Made by a program: the position numbers and the translations under genes. From NCBI GenBank assembly GCA_002269645.1, contig NIVC01003439.1:33454-97453 (forward strand): a stretch of DNA of 64,000 nt. Direction: 5' to 3'. This stretch comes from Macrostomum lignano (taxonomy: Eukaryota). Below are positions 25,859 to 38,137 of the stretch, one piece after another. The notes under the pieces are model-generated. The model was given only the letters and a program-made list of their open reading frames with translations, was not told the DNA's origin and ran no database searches. Position 1 is the first letter of the stretch. Each line of letters starts with the position of its first letter.

Positions 25859-26703
25859 CATAGGGTTCGGCAAACGTTTTTACCTCAAGGGCCGAATAGA
25901 GAACTTAGAGAATGACTGCGGGCTGGAGAAGGCAAGATAGGAGAGGGAATAGCGAAAAGAGAAGGGATCTAAGAGAAAGGAGAGACGAGAGAATAAAGGA
26001 GAAGAAAGGAGGGGAGAGAAGAGGAGAGAGGAGAGAGGAGAGAAAAGGAGAGAAGAGAGGGGAGAGGAGAAAAGAGATGAGGAGAGAGGAGATGATAGAG
26101 AATAGAGAGAAAAGAAAGGAGAGAGATGAAGAGAGGAGGAGAAAAAAGGAGAGAGAAGAGAGGAGAGAAGAGATGAGGAGAGAGATGATAGAGAAGAGAG
26201 GAGAGAAGAGATGAGGAGAGAGGAGATGATAGAGAAGAGAGGAGAGAAGAGATGAGGAGAGAGATGATAGAAAAGAGAGGAGAGAAGAGATGAGGAGAGA
26301 GGAGATGATAGAGAAGAGAGGAGAGAAGAGATGAGGAGAGAGATGATAGAAAAGAGAGGAGAGGAGAGAGGAGAGGACAGGAGAGAGAATAGAGGAGATG
26401 ATAGAAAAAGAGGAGAGAAGAAAGGAGAGAAGAGATGATAGAGAAGAGAGGAGAGAATAGAGGAGAGAGGAGATGATAGAGAAGAGAGGAGAGAAGAGAG
26501 GAGAGGAGAGAGGAGAGAGGAGAGAGGAGATGATAGAGAAGAGAAGAGAGGAGAGAAGAGAGGAAGAGAGTAGAGAGAAGATTAGAGACAAAAGTGCTGA
26601 GAAGAGATATAAACATTGAGCGGGCCGAATGGCTATTGTACGGTTTCAAAGGACCAGAGGGCCGGATGGAGAGGCTCTGCGGGTCGGAGTTTGCCGACCC
26701 CTG
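25859..26703. mobile_element. Non-autonomous hAT-type element with GA-microsatellite interior
   Basis: 8-bp direct repeat GGTTAGAC at 25851-58 and 26704-11. Ends are (CA)TAGGGTTCGGCAAAC and GTTTGCCGACCCCTG. Interior ~25930-26600 is purine simple repeat. Confidence 0.85.
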
Positions 26704-26983
26704 GGTTAGACTGACGCCAGCTGGCATTCTGAAATTAAACGCAGGATACTGAAAACAAAAACAAAGAAAAGACTGGCTGCTAAAAATAAGAATTCCATTT
26801 TTTTCAATCCATTTTCACCTGCCAATCGTTCGATTCAACAACAAGAAGTATTATTTATTTTTGCCAAACAAATTCACAAAACAGGCTTTAGTTTGTTTTT
26901 TCAAACTCTGCTCAACGCACAAAAGCTGGCAAACACACACGGACACGCGGTTTGGTCAGTGTTGATGATTATTCATTCCAGTT

Positions 26984-27718
26984 TCACTTAGCAGCGCTGG
27001 TGCTCTCCCGCATAGAGTGGGAGCGGGACCGCTTCCTCTCCGCCTTGCGCTCCCTGGCCTCCTTGGCTCGCTGGCCAATCAGCTTGGCGTACTCGGCCGC
27101 CTCTTCGCGTTTCTTTGTGGCGCGCCGGCGCTTCAGTGCCACGCGATGGCGCTTGCGCTGCAGCACAATTGGCGTCACCAGGCGCTGGATCTTCGGCGCC
27201 TTGGTGCGCTCCGGCTTGCCCTCCTTGGTCTTCTTCTTCTGCCGGATCACGTACGCCCTGACGTCGTCTTTCTTAGTCAGCTGGAACATCCGCCGGATGT
27301 TGGAGGCCCGCTTCGGGCCCAGACGGCGCGGCACGGTGGTGTCAGTGAGGCCGGGGATCTCGCCGGGGCCTTTGTGCACGATCACCAGGCTGAGCACGGA
27401 CAGGTTCGAGTCCACGATGCAGCCGCGCACAGACTTGCGCTTCCGTTCGCCTGTCCGGCGCGGCTTGTAGCAGGAGTGTCCGGCGGACAGCAGCAGGCGG
27501 ACGCGGCCATTGGTGAGCACGCCCTGCTTCATGGGGAAGCCCTGCTTGTCGTTGCCGCCGCTGATACGGACAACGTAGCCCTTCCACTCCTCGCCAAGGC
27601 TGTCGGCTGGCACCTCGGCCGACATGCGCTTCTCAAAGAATGGCGTCAGCTTCTTGATGTCGTCAACTTCGAAGCATTTCTGCGACCCGGCGGTCGGGAA
27701 ACTGACGTTGATCTTCAT
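26984..27718 (-). CDS. RPS6: 40S ribosomal protein S6 (eS6), intronless, 244 aa
   Basis: Hallmark eS6 sequence: [20 protein letters not shown]...[24 protein letters not shown]...[11 protein letters not shown]...[16 protein letters not shown]...[10 protein letters not shown], with a basic Ser-rich C-tail. ORF is intact. Confidence 0.99.
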   Translation of the reverse strand: MKINVSFPTAGSQKCFEVDDIKKLTPFFEKRMSAEVPADSLGEEWKGYVVRISGGNDKQGFPMKQGVLTNGRVRLLLSAGHSCYKPRRTGERKRKSVRGCIVDSNLSVLSLVIVHKGPGEIPGLTDTTVPRRLGPKRASNIRRMFQLTKKDDVRAYVIRQKKKTKEGKPERTKAPKIQRLVTPIVLQRKRHRVALKRRRATKKREEAAEYAKLIGQRAKEARERKAERKRSRSHSMRESTSAAK

Positions 27719-27737
27719 TTAGTTGGAATTTGCTGGC

Positions 27738-27761
27738 GGAAAGGCAGCAGAATTTGAAGAG
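27738..27761 (-). promoter_or_regulatory. Candidate 5' TOP/TCT pyrimidine start of RPS6
   Basis: The minus strand reads CCTCTTC...CTGCCTTTCCGCC 20-45 nt upstream of the ATG. Pyrimidine-tract starts are established for animal ribosomal protein genes. Confidence 0.5.
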
Positions 27762-27814
27762 GATCTTGTAGTAATAAAAATTTTCCAAACACCGACTCAT
27801 TCTCAAAAAATCTT

Positions 27815-29722
27815 CAGGGCAGGCTGCCACAATACCCACAACTAATTCTTCAGAGCGGGCTGCCACAATATCCCACAACTAATTCTTCAGAGCGGGCTGC
27901 TATAATACCCCACAACTAATTCTTCAGAGCGGGCTGCCACAATACCCCACAACTAATTCTTCAGAGCGGGCTGCCACAATACCCCACAACTAATTCTTCA
28001 GAGCGGGCTGCCACAATATCCCACAACTAATTCTTCAGAGCGGGCTGCTATAATACCCCACAACTAATTCTTCAGAGCGGGCTGCCACAATACCCCACAA
28101 CTAATTCTTCAGAGCGGGCTGCCACAATACCCCACAACTAATTCTTCAGAGCGGGCTGCCACAATACCCCACAACTAATTCTTCAGAGCGGGCTGCCATA
28201 ATACCCCACAACTAATTCTTCAGAGCGGGCTGTTATAATACCCCACAACTAATTCTTCAGAGCGGGCTGCTATAATATCCCACAACTAATTCTTCAGAGC
28301 GGGCTGCCACAATACCCCACAACTAATTCTTCAGAGCGGGCTGCCACAATACCCCACAACTAATTCTTCAGTGCGGGCTGCTATAATATCCCACAACTAA
28401 TTCTTCAGAGCGGGCTGCCACAATACCCCACAACTAATTCTTCAGAGCGGGCTGCTATAATACCCCACAACTAATTCTTCAGAGCGGGCTGCTATAATAT
28501 CCCACAACTAATTCTTCAGAGCGGGCTGCTATAATATCCCACAACTAATTCTTCAGAGCGGGCTGCTATAATATCCCACAACTAAATCTTCAGAGCGGGC
28601 TGCCACAATACCCCACAACTAATTCTTCAGTGCGGGCTGCTATAATATCCCACAACTAATTCTTCAGAGCGGGCTGCTATAATATCCCACAACTAATTCT
28701 TCAGAGCGGGCTGTTATAATATCCCACAACTAATTCTTCAGAGCGGGCTGCTATAATATCCCACAACTAATTCTTCAGAGCGGGCTGCCACAATACCCCA
28801 CAACTAATTCTTCAGAGCGGGCTGCCACAATACCCCACAACTAATTCTTCAGAGCGGGCTGCCACAATACCCCACAACTAATTCTTCAGAGCGGGCTGCC
28901 ATAATACCCCACAACTAATTCTTCAGAGCGGGCTGTTATAATACCCCACAACTAATTCTTCAGAGCGGGCTGCTATAATATCCCACAACTAATTCTTCAG
29001 AGCGGGCTGCCACAATACCCCACAACTAATTCTTCAGAGCGGGCTGCCACAATACCCCACAACTAATTCTTCAGTGCGGGCTGCTATAATATCCCACAAC
29101 TAATTCTTCAGAGCGGGCTGCCACAATACCCCACAACTAATTCTTCAGAGCGGGCTGCTATAATACCCCACAACTAATTCTTCAGAGCGGGCTGCTATAA
29201 TATCCCACAACTAATTCTTCAGAGCGGGCTGCTATAATATCCCACAACTAATTCTTCAGTGCGGGCTGCTATAATATCCCACAACTAATTCTTCAGAGCG
29301 GGCTGCCACAATACCCCACAACTAATTCTTCAGAGCGGGCTGTTATAATATCCCACAACTAATTCTTCAGAGCGGGCTGCTATAATATCCCACAACTAAT
29401 TCTTCAGAGCGGGCTGTTATAATATCCCACAACTAATTCTTCAGAGCGGGCTGCTATAATACCTTACAACTAATTCTTCAGAGCGGGCTGCCACAATACC
29501 CCACAACTAACTTCAGAGCGGGCTGCCACCCCACTAATTCTTCAGAGCGGGCTGCCAGAATACCCCACAACTAACACAACTAATTCTTCAGAGCGGGCTG
29601 CCAGAATACCCCACAACTAACACAACTAATTCTTCAGAGCGGGCTGCCAGAATACCCAAAACTAACACAACTAATTCTTCAGAGCGGGCTGCCACAATAT
29701 CCCACTAATTCTTCAGAGCGGG
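27815..29722. repeat. 37-bp minisatellite (~1.9 kb)
   Basis: Unit ACTAATTCTTCAGAGCGGGCTGCCACAATACCCCACA with GCTATAATAT variants. Confidence 0.97.
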
Positions 29723-30377
29723 TTGGAAGACTCCTAGCTATTTAGAGCGTCACTGCATGCGCTGACAGGTACCTAACCGGAAAATTGCAATGCATCCATA
29801 AATTTGCCACAAAATCGCCAATTAACTAAATTTTTTATTTATTATAACTGGGCGTGATTGACGGAATTATTAATAAGTTAAGATAAGAAAAGCACAAATA
29901 ACATTTGCATAACAATATAGGAGAAAATACAATACAGAATACAATACATACGGGTACAGAGTTTTACAAAACTGTTAGTCTATAGATTGAAAAATACGCA
30001 AAAATAGTCAGCAAAAATGGGGTTCCATCCGTGCGCTGTGGAAACTTCCGTAATTAATAGATTTGCAATTATTATCTCCCAGCAGAGGCCACGCCCGCGC
30101 AGCAAGAAAGCCTGTATACAGAAATGTAACGCAGCTCTCGGCTGGATACAACATTAAAAAACTGACCAATTTTGGTAGATAGCAAAGCAACAGTTACTAA
30201 TGCGAACAAATTAATAATTAATTATTAAATAGAAAAATAGCTTAATCTGCGCGACAATCTTCTGCATCCAGCAAGTGAATAACAAAAGGTTGCTTTGGAT
30301 TTTTAGACCAAGTGTAAAATATGTATTTATTTTTAGGGCCACACAAGCATTGATTAGCCAACACATCTACTATAACA

Positions 30378-30535
30378 ATATTCCCCATTAGCCTAATGTC
30401 TGACACGCCAATATTCTCCATTAGCCTAAAGTCTAAAACGGCAATATTCTCCATTAGCCTAATGTCTAACACGGAAATATTCACCTCTAGCCTAATGCCT
30501 AAGAGACACCAATACTCCACATTAGCCTACATTAG
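30378..30535. repeat. Short degenerate ~33-bp array
   Basis: Repeated AATATTCTCCATTAGCCTAATGTCT. Confidence 0.7.
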
Positions 30536-31329
30536 TTCTAAAAATAGAAACAACAAGAACAACGGGTTATTGAAGTCGCCGGGAAAGCGGGCACATTGTT
30601 TGGTACTAATTCTGCTAAAGGCCAATCAAAAGTCGCTAATTTGGCTCATTTGAACTCGGAAAAAATACACACGATTAGCAGAGATGATAGAAATTTGAAA
30701 TCACTGAAATATATTCTTACATATACACATATATACGAGGATATTAAAGTTAGTTAGCAATCAGATTATAAGGCTTAATTAAGCTTGCATATTAGTCTAA
30801 TTAAAATAGAGTGAGAGCTATATATTTAGGTGAGAGCGCAGTTAAGCGAAATCAGCTGTCAAAATGTGTGCCAGCGAGCCCGTTTTAATCAGAAGACAGC
30901 TGAACTTGTTTTTAAAGGCCTTAGATTTTATTATATCCGTAAGAATAGATATAGTATTAATGCTCAGTTTCTATTTTAAAGTCAGGCTACTTTACACTTA
31001 CGGAGCCAAAACTGGTAGGCGGGCCCACGCACACCTGCCGCAATTCGCATGCATTAGCATATTTGTCATTTACTAGCCATAGCCAAGTCCAACAGTTTAT
31101 GCTCGGCTAGCAAAGCAATAAATTGCATGCATGGCTTAGCAATCAGAACTCAAGGAGTGTAAAAGAAGACAGTTAAGTCTCGTGTGAATTTGGTTTTTTG
31201 TTCTTTTCTTCTGCTTCTGCGCAAAGAATGACAGCATTTTTTGTCTCAAACTTTCCGCATTTCGAATCGCATATTAACAATTGATGGATGAGGCTTGCAA
31301 ATCCAAAATGCAAACACTAATCCCTGGCT

Positions 31330-31435
31330 ATAACTGTATACCGAAGCCTCTCTATCCGGCCCCCAGGGTCCTTTGAAGCTTCACAATTATAAGAGTCTTC
31401 TGAGTCTTAAGAGTCTCTTTCTCTCTCTCTCCCCC
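31330..31435 (-). mobile_element. Fragment of the GA-rich hAT MITE family
   Basis: The minus strand reads GA tract...TTCAAAGGACCCTGGGGGCCGGATAGAGAGGC, parallel to TTCAAAGGACCAGAGGGCCGGATGGAGAGGC at ~26646-26676. Confidence 0.5.
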
Positions 31436-32072
31436 TGAAATCATTAACAAACAAATAATACGTCGAAAAATAGAAACACACACCACACACACACCAACGG
31501 ACGGACGGACATGATTTGGTTGATTGAATTGCCAAACATACCTCGCTACTACAAAGTCAGCCCACAGCTATCAAACAGTTACAAAAAAATAAGGAGTTAT
31601 AGGAACAAAAAACAGACAGCAAAATTTATATAGGAACAGCAGGTAAATGGAAACAATCACACAATTAACACCGTACAGTTTTTAATCGGAATGATTACAC
31701 TGTTTAAAACTACGAAAAGCTACTTCAACAAAAAGATACATAATTTGCTAAAACTACTACTTAGCACAACTAATATTAAGTAGGCCAGTTTGGCTATGCT
31801 ATACAAAAATTATTGAAAAACGGAAAAATTTGGAAATCTCTCGCAAAAAATGACGGAAATCAAAGAAAACAAAATTGCCGAATTTTTTTGAACAAACTGG
31901 AAATCGATAGACGGTGATTAGTACAGCAGAAAGTATTTAAGCACGCATTATACAAACGATGATTAAAAATCACAGATAAAGCTTTTCTGTTTGTCTTCGC
32001 ACAATCAAGTATAAATAAAACAGGTTCTGTATAATAGAACTCTTCAATTCTGCAATTATTTTTGCAATAAAA

Positions 32073-35000
32073 TTATTTCCTCGGCTGAGGCAGTTTGGAC
32101 TTCCTCGACTGTCCATTGCCGCCGCCTCCGCCCCCGGCGTCCTCCGCCTTGCGGTTAAGCGCGATGAGGCGCCTAGGATTCTGCTTGCAGCCGTCCGAGC
32201 CAGTCAGATGCTCCTTCCAGCCGTCGTCTCCGGTTGGGAAATTCTCGTGGCACAGCGGACAATGGCTCTGGCCTTCCACGGCGTGGTTGCACAGGTTGTC
32301 ACTGGAGCCAGGCAGTTAATGGGTTGGAAAAGAATTGGGGTACTTTCTTACTCGCTGATTTCCAACCTGTCTTTCAGCTGTTAAAATATTCTGTGCCTCT
32401 TCTACTTCTTTAAGCAAAGCAGCTAAAATAGCTGGGATGGCTGGGAGCTCAGTGTGGGGATCTGGGATGGCTGGGAGCTCAGTGTGGGGATCTGGGATGG
32501 CTGGGAGCTCAGTGTGGGGATCTGGGATGGCTGGGAGCTCAGTGTGGGGATCTGGGATGGCTGGGAGCTCAGTGTGGGGATCTGGGATTGCTGGGAGCTC
32601 AGTGTGGGGATCTGGGATGGCTGGGAGCTCAGTCTGAGGATCTGGGAAGGCTGAGAGCTCAGTCTGAGGATCTGGGATGGCTGGGAGCTCAGTGTGGGGA
32701 TCTGGGATGGCTGGGAGCTCAGTGTGGGGATCTGGGATGGCTGGGAGCTCAGGCTGAGAGGTCGGGTGGCGGGTGATTAAAGCTGAGGATGCGGAAAAGG
32801 AACGGTGGCCGAACCTGAGAGTTAATAAGCAAATTCTAGTCACAGAAACAGAGAGTCAAAGAACATTGGTCATTTTCACAAACCGAACATGCTGCTCATG
32901 CTCGGCCACAGGGATGGCCTCGGTGCAATACGGGCATTTGCGGAACTCGGCGCTGTGCTCGCACTCGTTCAACAGGTGCTCTGACAGCATGGCGATCTCT
33001 ACAACCTGCCGACAGGACGTGCATCGTTTTAGCATCGGGCAGCTCTTCCAGAAGTGCACTTCCATTCCCTGTTCAGTAGAGCCGCCTTGAACCTTCTCGT
33101 CGCAGAAGATGCAAGCCTCGTCATCGTCAACAGCCAGCTTGGGTACAGGCTCGTCCTCAATATTGCGCGGCGTCTCCTGCTGCTGGGGCTGCTCCTGCTG
33201 CTCCTGCGGCGGCTGCTGCTCACTCGCATTAGCCGGCTTGGCTTTGCCTCCAGCCGGCTTGGCCTTCCTGCTAGAAGGTGGCGCCGCCGAGTCCTGTTTG
33301 GGCTTCTCCTTGGCCTGCTGCTGCTGGGCGGCGAGCTCGCGCAGCTCTTTCTGTTGACGTTTCAGCTCTTCAATCTGACGCTGCTGCGCTTCCTCCTGCT
33401 GCTGCTGCTGAGCAGCACGCGGCTGCTTGCCATCAACTCTGTCGAACGCTTCGAACAGTTTCCTATAGAGAGTGTTCCGCCTAGTCCGCTCATCGTCTGG
33501 CGGCAGATGCGACCTGACCACCGCCTTGTCCTGCTGCTTGTATAATTCAACTATTAGCGACTCGGCGCTCTCCCTGACGTCGCCGTGGCGATGATCCAGA
33601 GCTTTGACAGCGAATGTCATCAGGCCGTCAAGGGTGACGCCATCCGATAGGCCGTGCTGCCTGTACAGTGCAGCGGCAACGTCTACTCTACCAACGCCTA
33701 GGCGCTCGTGAGCTGACGGTTTAAACGGCTTCAGACACTCGTGCGGCACGGCCTGCAGCGGGCGCAGATGGGCCCATTGGGACATTTCAACCAGGTACTG
33801 CTTAGAGGTGTCGCGCATTCGCGGAGCAGTGTCGCCAGTTTTCTGTAGCAGGCCGGGCAGCACTCGGTCGCAGGCGTATTGAATCTCGTGGCGCTGGATT
33901 GAGTGACGCTGGGTGAAGTCCGTTAGCAGAAGCTTATTGAGGGATAGGGCGGCGCGGAATACGGAGAACACTTTGTCCTGCGGAGAGAGGGGGAGAGGCG
34001 ACAGGTGAATTAATATATGTTTATGCTAATTCAATTGCGCCACTTGAATAGCACATATTAACATGCAATCATGAGCTCTAAGGGACTGTTTATCTGCGAT
34101 TCTCAACGGATGTTTATCTGCGATTCTTGACGGATGTTTATCTGCGATTCTTAACGGATGTTTATCTGCAATTCTCAACGGATGTTTATCTGCGATTCTC
34201 AACGGATGTTTATCTGGGATTCTCAACGGATGTTTATCTGCAATTCTCAACGGATGTTTATCTGCGATTCTCAACGGATGTTTATCTGCAATTCTCAACG
34301 GATGTTTGTCTGCAATTCTCAACGGATGTTTATCTGCGATTCTCAACGGATGTTTATCTGCGATTCTCAACGGATGTTTATCTGCGATTCTCAACGAATG
34401 TTTATCTGCGATTCTCAACGGATGTTTATCTGCGATTCTTGACGGATGTTTATCTGCGATAATCGACGGATGTTTATCTGCGATAATCGACGGATGTTTA
34501 TCTGCGATTCACAACGGATGTTTATCTGCGATTCTCAACGGATGTTTATCTGCGATAATCAACGGATGTTTATCTGCGATTCTCAACTAGTGTTTATCTG
34601 CAACAAGTGTTTATCTGCGATTCTCACAAGTGTTTATCTGCGATTCTCAACAAGTGTTTATCTGCGATTCTTAACAAGTGTTTATCTGCGATTCTCAACG
34701 GATGTTTATCTGCGATAATCAACTAGTGTTTATATGCGATTTTCAAACCTGTTTGTTAACTATTTTTAAAGGCGGTATATTAGCAAATCTGGCGCAACGC
34801 CTTTGGCGACATTGCTAACACTAGCAACTGAGCACACACAAGCGCGCCAATACTGTGCACAGACACGCACTCATACACACAGGGTCAACAGCGGCCTTGA
34901 CTTTCTAATTGTGTACACTTAGACATGTACACTCTGTGCCTGGGGGGTTGGCCTTTATAGGTGTGAATCGCACTGGCCAATGTTCGTACACACAACCCCA

Positions 35001-35977
35001 ACTGAATGCGGCCGCGAACGGAATCGAACCAAGGGCCGTTTCTCGAGTCAGACGCGCTTATCGCCGAGCTGCTGTGCCACATATGTTCAGAGCCTAACAA
35101 ACATGCGAACAAATAACATATGCATGCAGCTGATTATTAAACTCACCTGAACGCCTCGCTGGCACAGATAAACGCCGGCCCTAAACACCTGTCTCGGATC
35201 TCTCTCATCCTGGGCGCTCATCTCATTAACTTGTTTATAAGCGTCTAGCAGGGCGTCCTCCCGGTGCGACCAGGTCTTAGAGAAGGCTTTAGTCACCAGC
35301 GGCAGGCCGAACATGTCAATAACAGCCGAGGCTTCTCGCATGTCCTTCTCTGTGAGATTCTCCGGCTCGCCGGTGATGCCAGCGCCGCCGGCTCCGTCGT
35401 CGTCTTCAGGCAGTGGCGTGTGACTGCCGCCAGTCTGCTGATGCTTCAGCGCCGGCAGCGGCCTGTCGTCATAATCGGTCGAATAGGCCACAGCGGGCCG
35501 GTAGGAGCTCTGCGGCGGCGGGCTTGGCGAACGTCGGGCGCCGATCGGCTCAAGTAGCGGCGGCGGCGGCGGGCTAGATCGGCGAGCGGCCGCGGCAGGC
35601 GGCATCGACAATGGGGCGGAGTCAAACGGCGCCCGGCCGGCTAGGAGGCCGGCAACGTCCAGTTCGCGATAGATCTGCAGCCGGTATTCGTCCATTTGAA
35701 TCTTCTTTAAATTGGCCCGCTCATAGTCTTCGTTTTCTACTGCTTGGCGCTTTTCTACTTCGAGTTTGCCGAGCTTCTCGCCAACCCGTTGCAGCTGCAG
35801 CACTGCATCGCGCAGCCGCTTAGCCAGCTCGAATTGTTCGGATAGGACGGCGTCGTGCTTGCGGGCCTCCAGCTTGCGAATTACGTCGGCGATTTCGCGA
35901 TCCTGCGGAGGGCGGCGGCATTTGGCAAGGAGGGATGCAGAAATGAAATGGGAATCAATCTTCCTACCTGCTATCTG

Positions 35978-36042
<65 letters not shown>

Positions 36043-36108
36043 GTCTGTCTATCTATCTGTCTATCTATCTATCTATCTGTCTGTCTATCTATCTATCTAT
36101 CTTACTAA

Positions 36109-36172
<64 letters not shown>

Positions 36173-36238
36173 GTCTGTCTATCTATCTGTCTATCTATCT
36201 ATCTATCTGTCTGTCTATCTATCTATCTATCTTACTAA

Positions 36239-36289
<51 letters not shown>

Positions 36290-36883
36290 AGAAAATACCC
36301 CGCAACCCACCTGGTACATATCAAACGCCAAATCGTCGAGCGGCGAGATATAATCCGGCCCGAATACCCGATCGTCTGGCGCTTTGTCCGGCCGGCTGAC
36401 AATGTCCATTGGTGAATAGAGCGGATCGCCAATCAGGTTGACGGCAACAAGGCCCACTTGGTTGTACAGGTTGTGCTTATTCACGTAGTTCTTGTGAATC
36501 ACTAATTTTAGATAGACGCCAACAGCGTCAACGTGAACAGATTTGAGTTCGCGAGCTCGGAATCCGGTTTTCTCATTGTCTGACAGGGCCACGTAGCCCA
36601 GGCGGGAGTAGCGCGCGTTCTGCAGATTGTGCGAAACACCGTCTGGCACGTCGCCAACAAAGAATTCAATCTTGGAGGCGATTAGGTACTGGTGAGATAA
36701 AATCTGCACTTTTCTAATGCGCGATCTCTGCTCCAGGTAAACCACAAGATCCTGCGGGTACAGACAGAATCTGGAGCTAACCCAGCCGCGCGTGGTTGGC
36801 GAATGCCGGTTGAGCTCGATGGCCGGATAGCCCTCGTCTTGGCCGGACACGTGCACAACTCGAATCGGGAGCTTACTGGGCAT
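32073..36883 (-). CDS. CEP104: Centrosomal protein of 104 kDa, 4 exons, ~883 aa
   Basis: Exons 36883-36311, 35902-35147, 33977-32884 and 32301-32073, with GT-AG junctions in consistent phases (0,0,2). Domains: N-terminal jelly-roll (...[14 protein letters not shown]...[13 protein letters not shown]...[12 protein letters not shown]), coiled coil ([18 protein letters not shown]), TOG-like middle region, and C-terminal Zn fingers ([15 protein letters not shown]; CPLCHENF...WKEHL), all matching the known CEP104 architecture. Confidence 0.97.
32432..32752. repeat. 30-bp minisatellite in CEP104 intron 3
   Basis: Unit GGGATGGCTGGGAGCTCAGTGTGGGGATCT. Confidence 0.95.
34088..34742. repeat. 24-bp minisatellite in CEP104 intron 2
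   Basis: Unit TTTATCTGCGATTCTCAACGGATG. Confidence 0.95.
34828..35080 (-). mobile_element. tRNA-derived SINE, copy 2 (CEP104 intron 2)
   Basis: Minus strand GTGGCACAGCAGCTCGGCGATAAGCGCGTCTGACTCGAGA...GGTTCGATTCC carries A and B boxes. The body is homologous to 23773-24020. Confidence 0.82.
35970..36289. repeat. (TCTA)n/(GATA)n microsatellite in CEP104 intron 1
   Basis: Direct reading of the sequence. Confidence 0.98.
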
Positions 36884-38137
36884 TACTTTCTACGCAATCA
36901 ATTTATGATTAAAGCAATAAAATATAGCCTTGGCTGTTTTAGTTTCTATTAACAACCGCCGAAGCGGCATGCGCAGGAAAGCATGCAGCAGATACAATAG
37001 TGCTGGGTGTACTTCTTAAATTTCAGTAAATAAAATAGTAAATGTTCTCTCTATCTTTTAGCTTAATAATTGCATAATAGCTTTTTTAACTTCAAACATT
37101 GACCTTGTATTACGGTGAACATACCATATTCATTTTATTTTATACTATAGACCCCTATGGGTATGGAGTTTGTACTAATCTTATATAGAAGCTAAGTGTA
37201 CTAAGAACCTGATTGTTTGCCATATACATTTTGTATAATAATTTGAATATAGGCTTTTTTACTTTTAATTTAACTAATACTAATAATAATAATAATAACA
37301 ATAATTTATTACACAGATCCTAATGCCAATGGGCAGATGTGCAACCAACAGCTCAGCTGTTCAGTCCAAAGACTAGGGGGGGGGGTCGCCACTCACCATA
37401 CACACCCTCAACTACCCCAGCTAATGCTGGTGTAATTAACTAATTTATTATAAATGCTCTATGGATCTGTTGTTCATCCAGTCAACACCACCTTACTGAA
37501 TTAATTTAATACTATTTAGAATTCTACTTTCTTACATATACTATTTATAACAAAGATAAAAAAGTGTACTCCTGGGGATAATCAATAAGCCTTAGCCAAC
37601 CATGCTAAATTCTGTATACCTATAAAACCTAAAACCTTACAAAGTTTTACCCAACTCTTATGTTTTTATTGATAGCTTTAAGCAAAAAATGCAAAATGAA
37701 AACTACTCATACTAGCAATCCATCAATTTTATTATCTTAATGCATATATAATTAATGAACAGATATGTGCAAACAAGGATACAATTGGAAATAGCTATAT
37801 TCATAAAAATACCTATGAGAAAGAACCTTAAAATACTATCACATAGTGATTTTTAAAGCATGGACCTACCTTTTGGTATACTTTTTTGGGTCATTGAAAT
37901 AAAATTTTTGGATTTAACTTATTATTTCTAATAGCAATAAATATGTTAAGTCAATATTAGACTAAATGGTTCTCAATATCAATATCATAACTATCTTTAG
38001 CCAATAGTAATATGGGTTACCAATAGATAATAGTATAATAATAATTTATTATACCTGCCTAATTTAGGCCAGATGTGCAAACAAAGCCTAGCCACAGCTT
38101 TTGCATAGTGCATCTAAAGGATGCATGTAGCTATCTA

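Noticed and set aside
25905-26727. Leu/Ser-rich 'membrane protein' ORFs
   Set aside because: They are translations of the GA/CT microsatellite.
26984-27718. RPS6 as a processed pseudogene
   Set aside because: The ORF is intact with strong codon bias, has TOP-like and AATAAA signals, and shows no poly(A) tract or TSD.
32316-32843. 175-aa ORF with [10 protein letters not shown] repeats as a CEP104 exon
   Set aside because: It lies in intron 3; exons 3 and 4 join in phase to give the conserved Zn-finger sequence without it.
37275-37500. (TAA)n-like tract as the 3' tail of a LINE or Penelope element
   Set aside because: No RT remnant is recognisable and the sequence is too degenerate.
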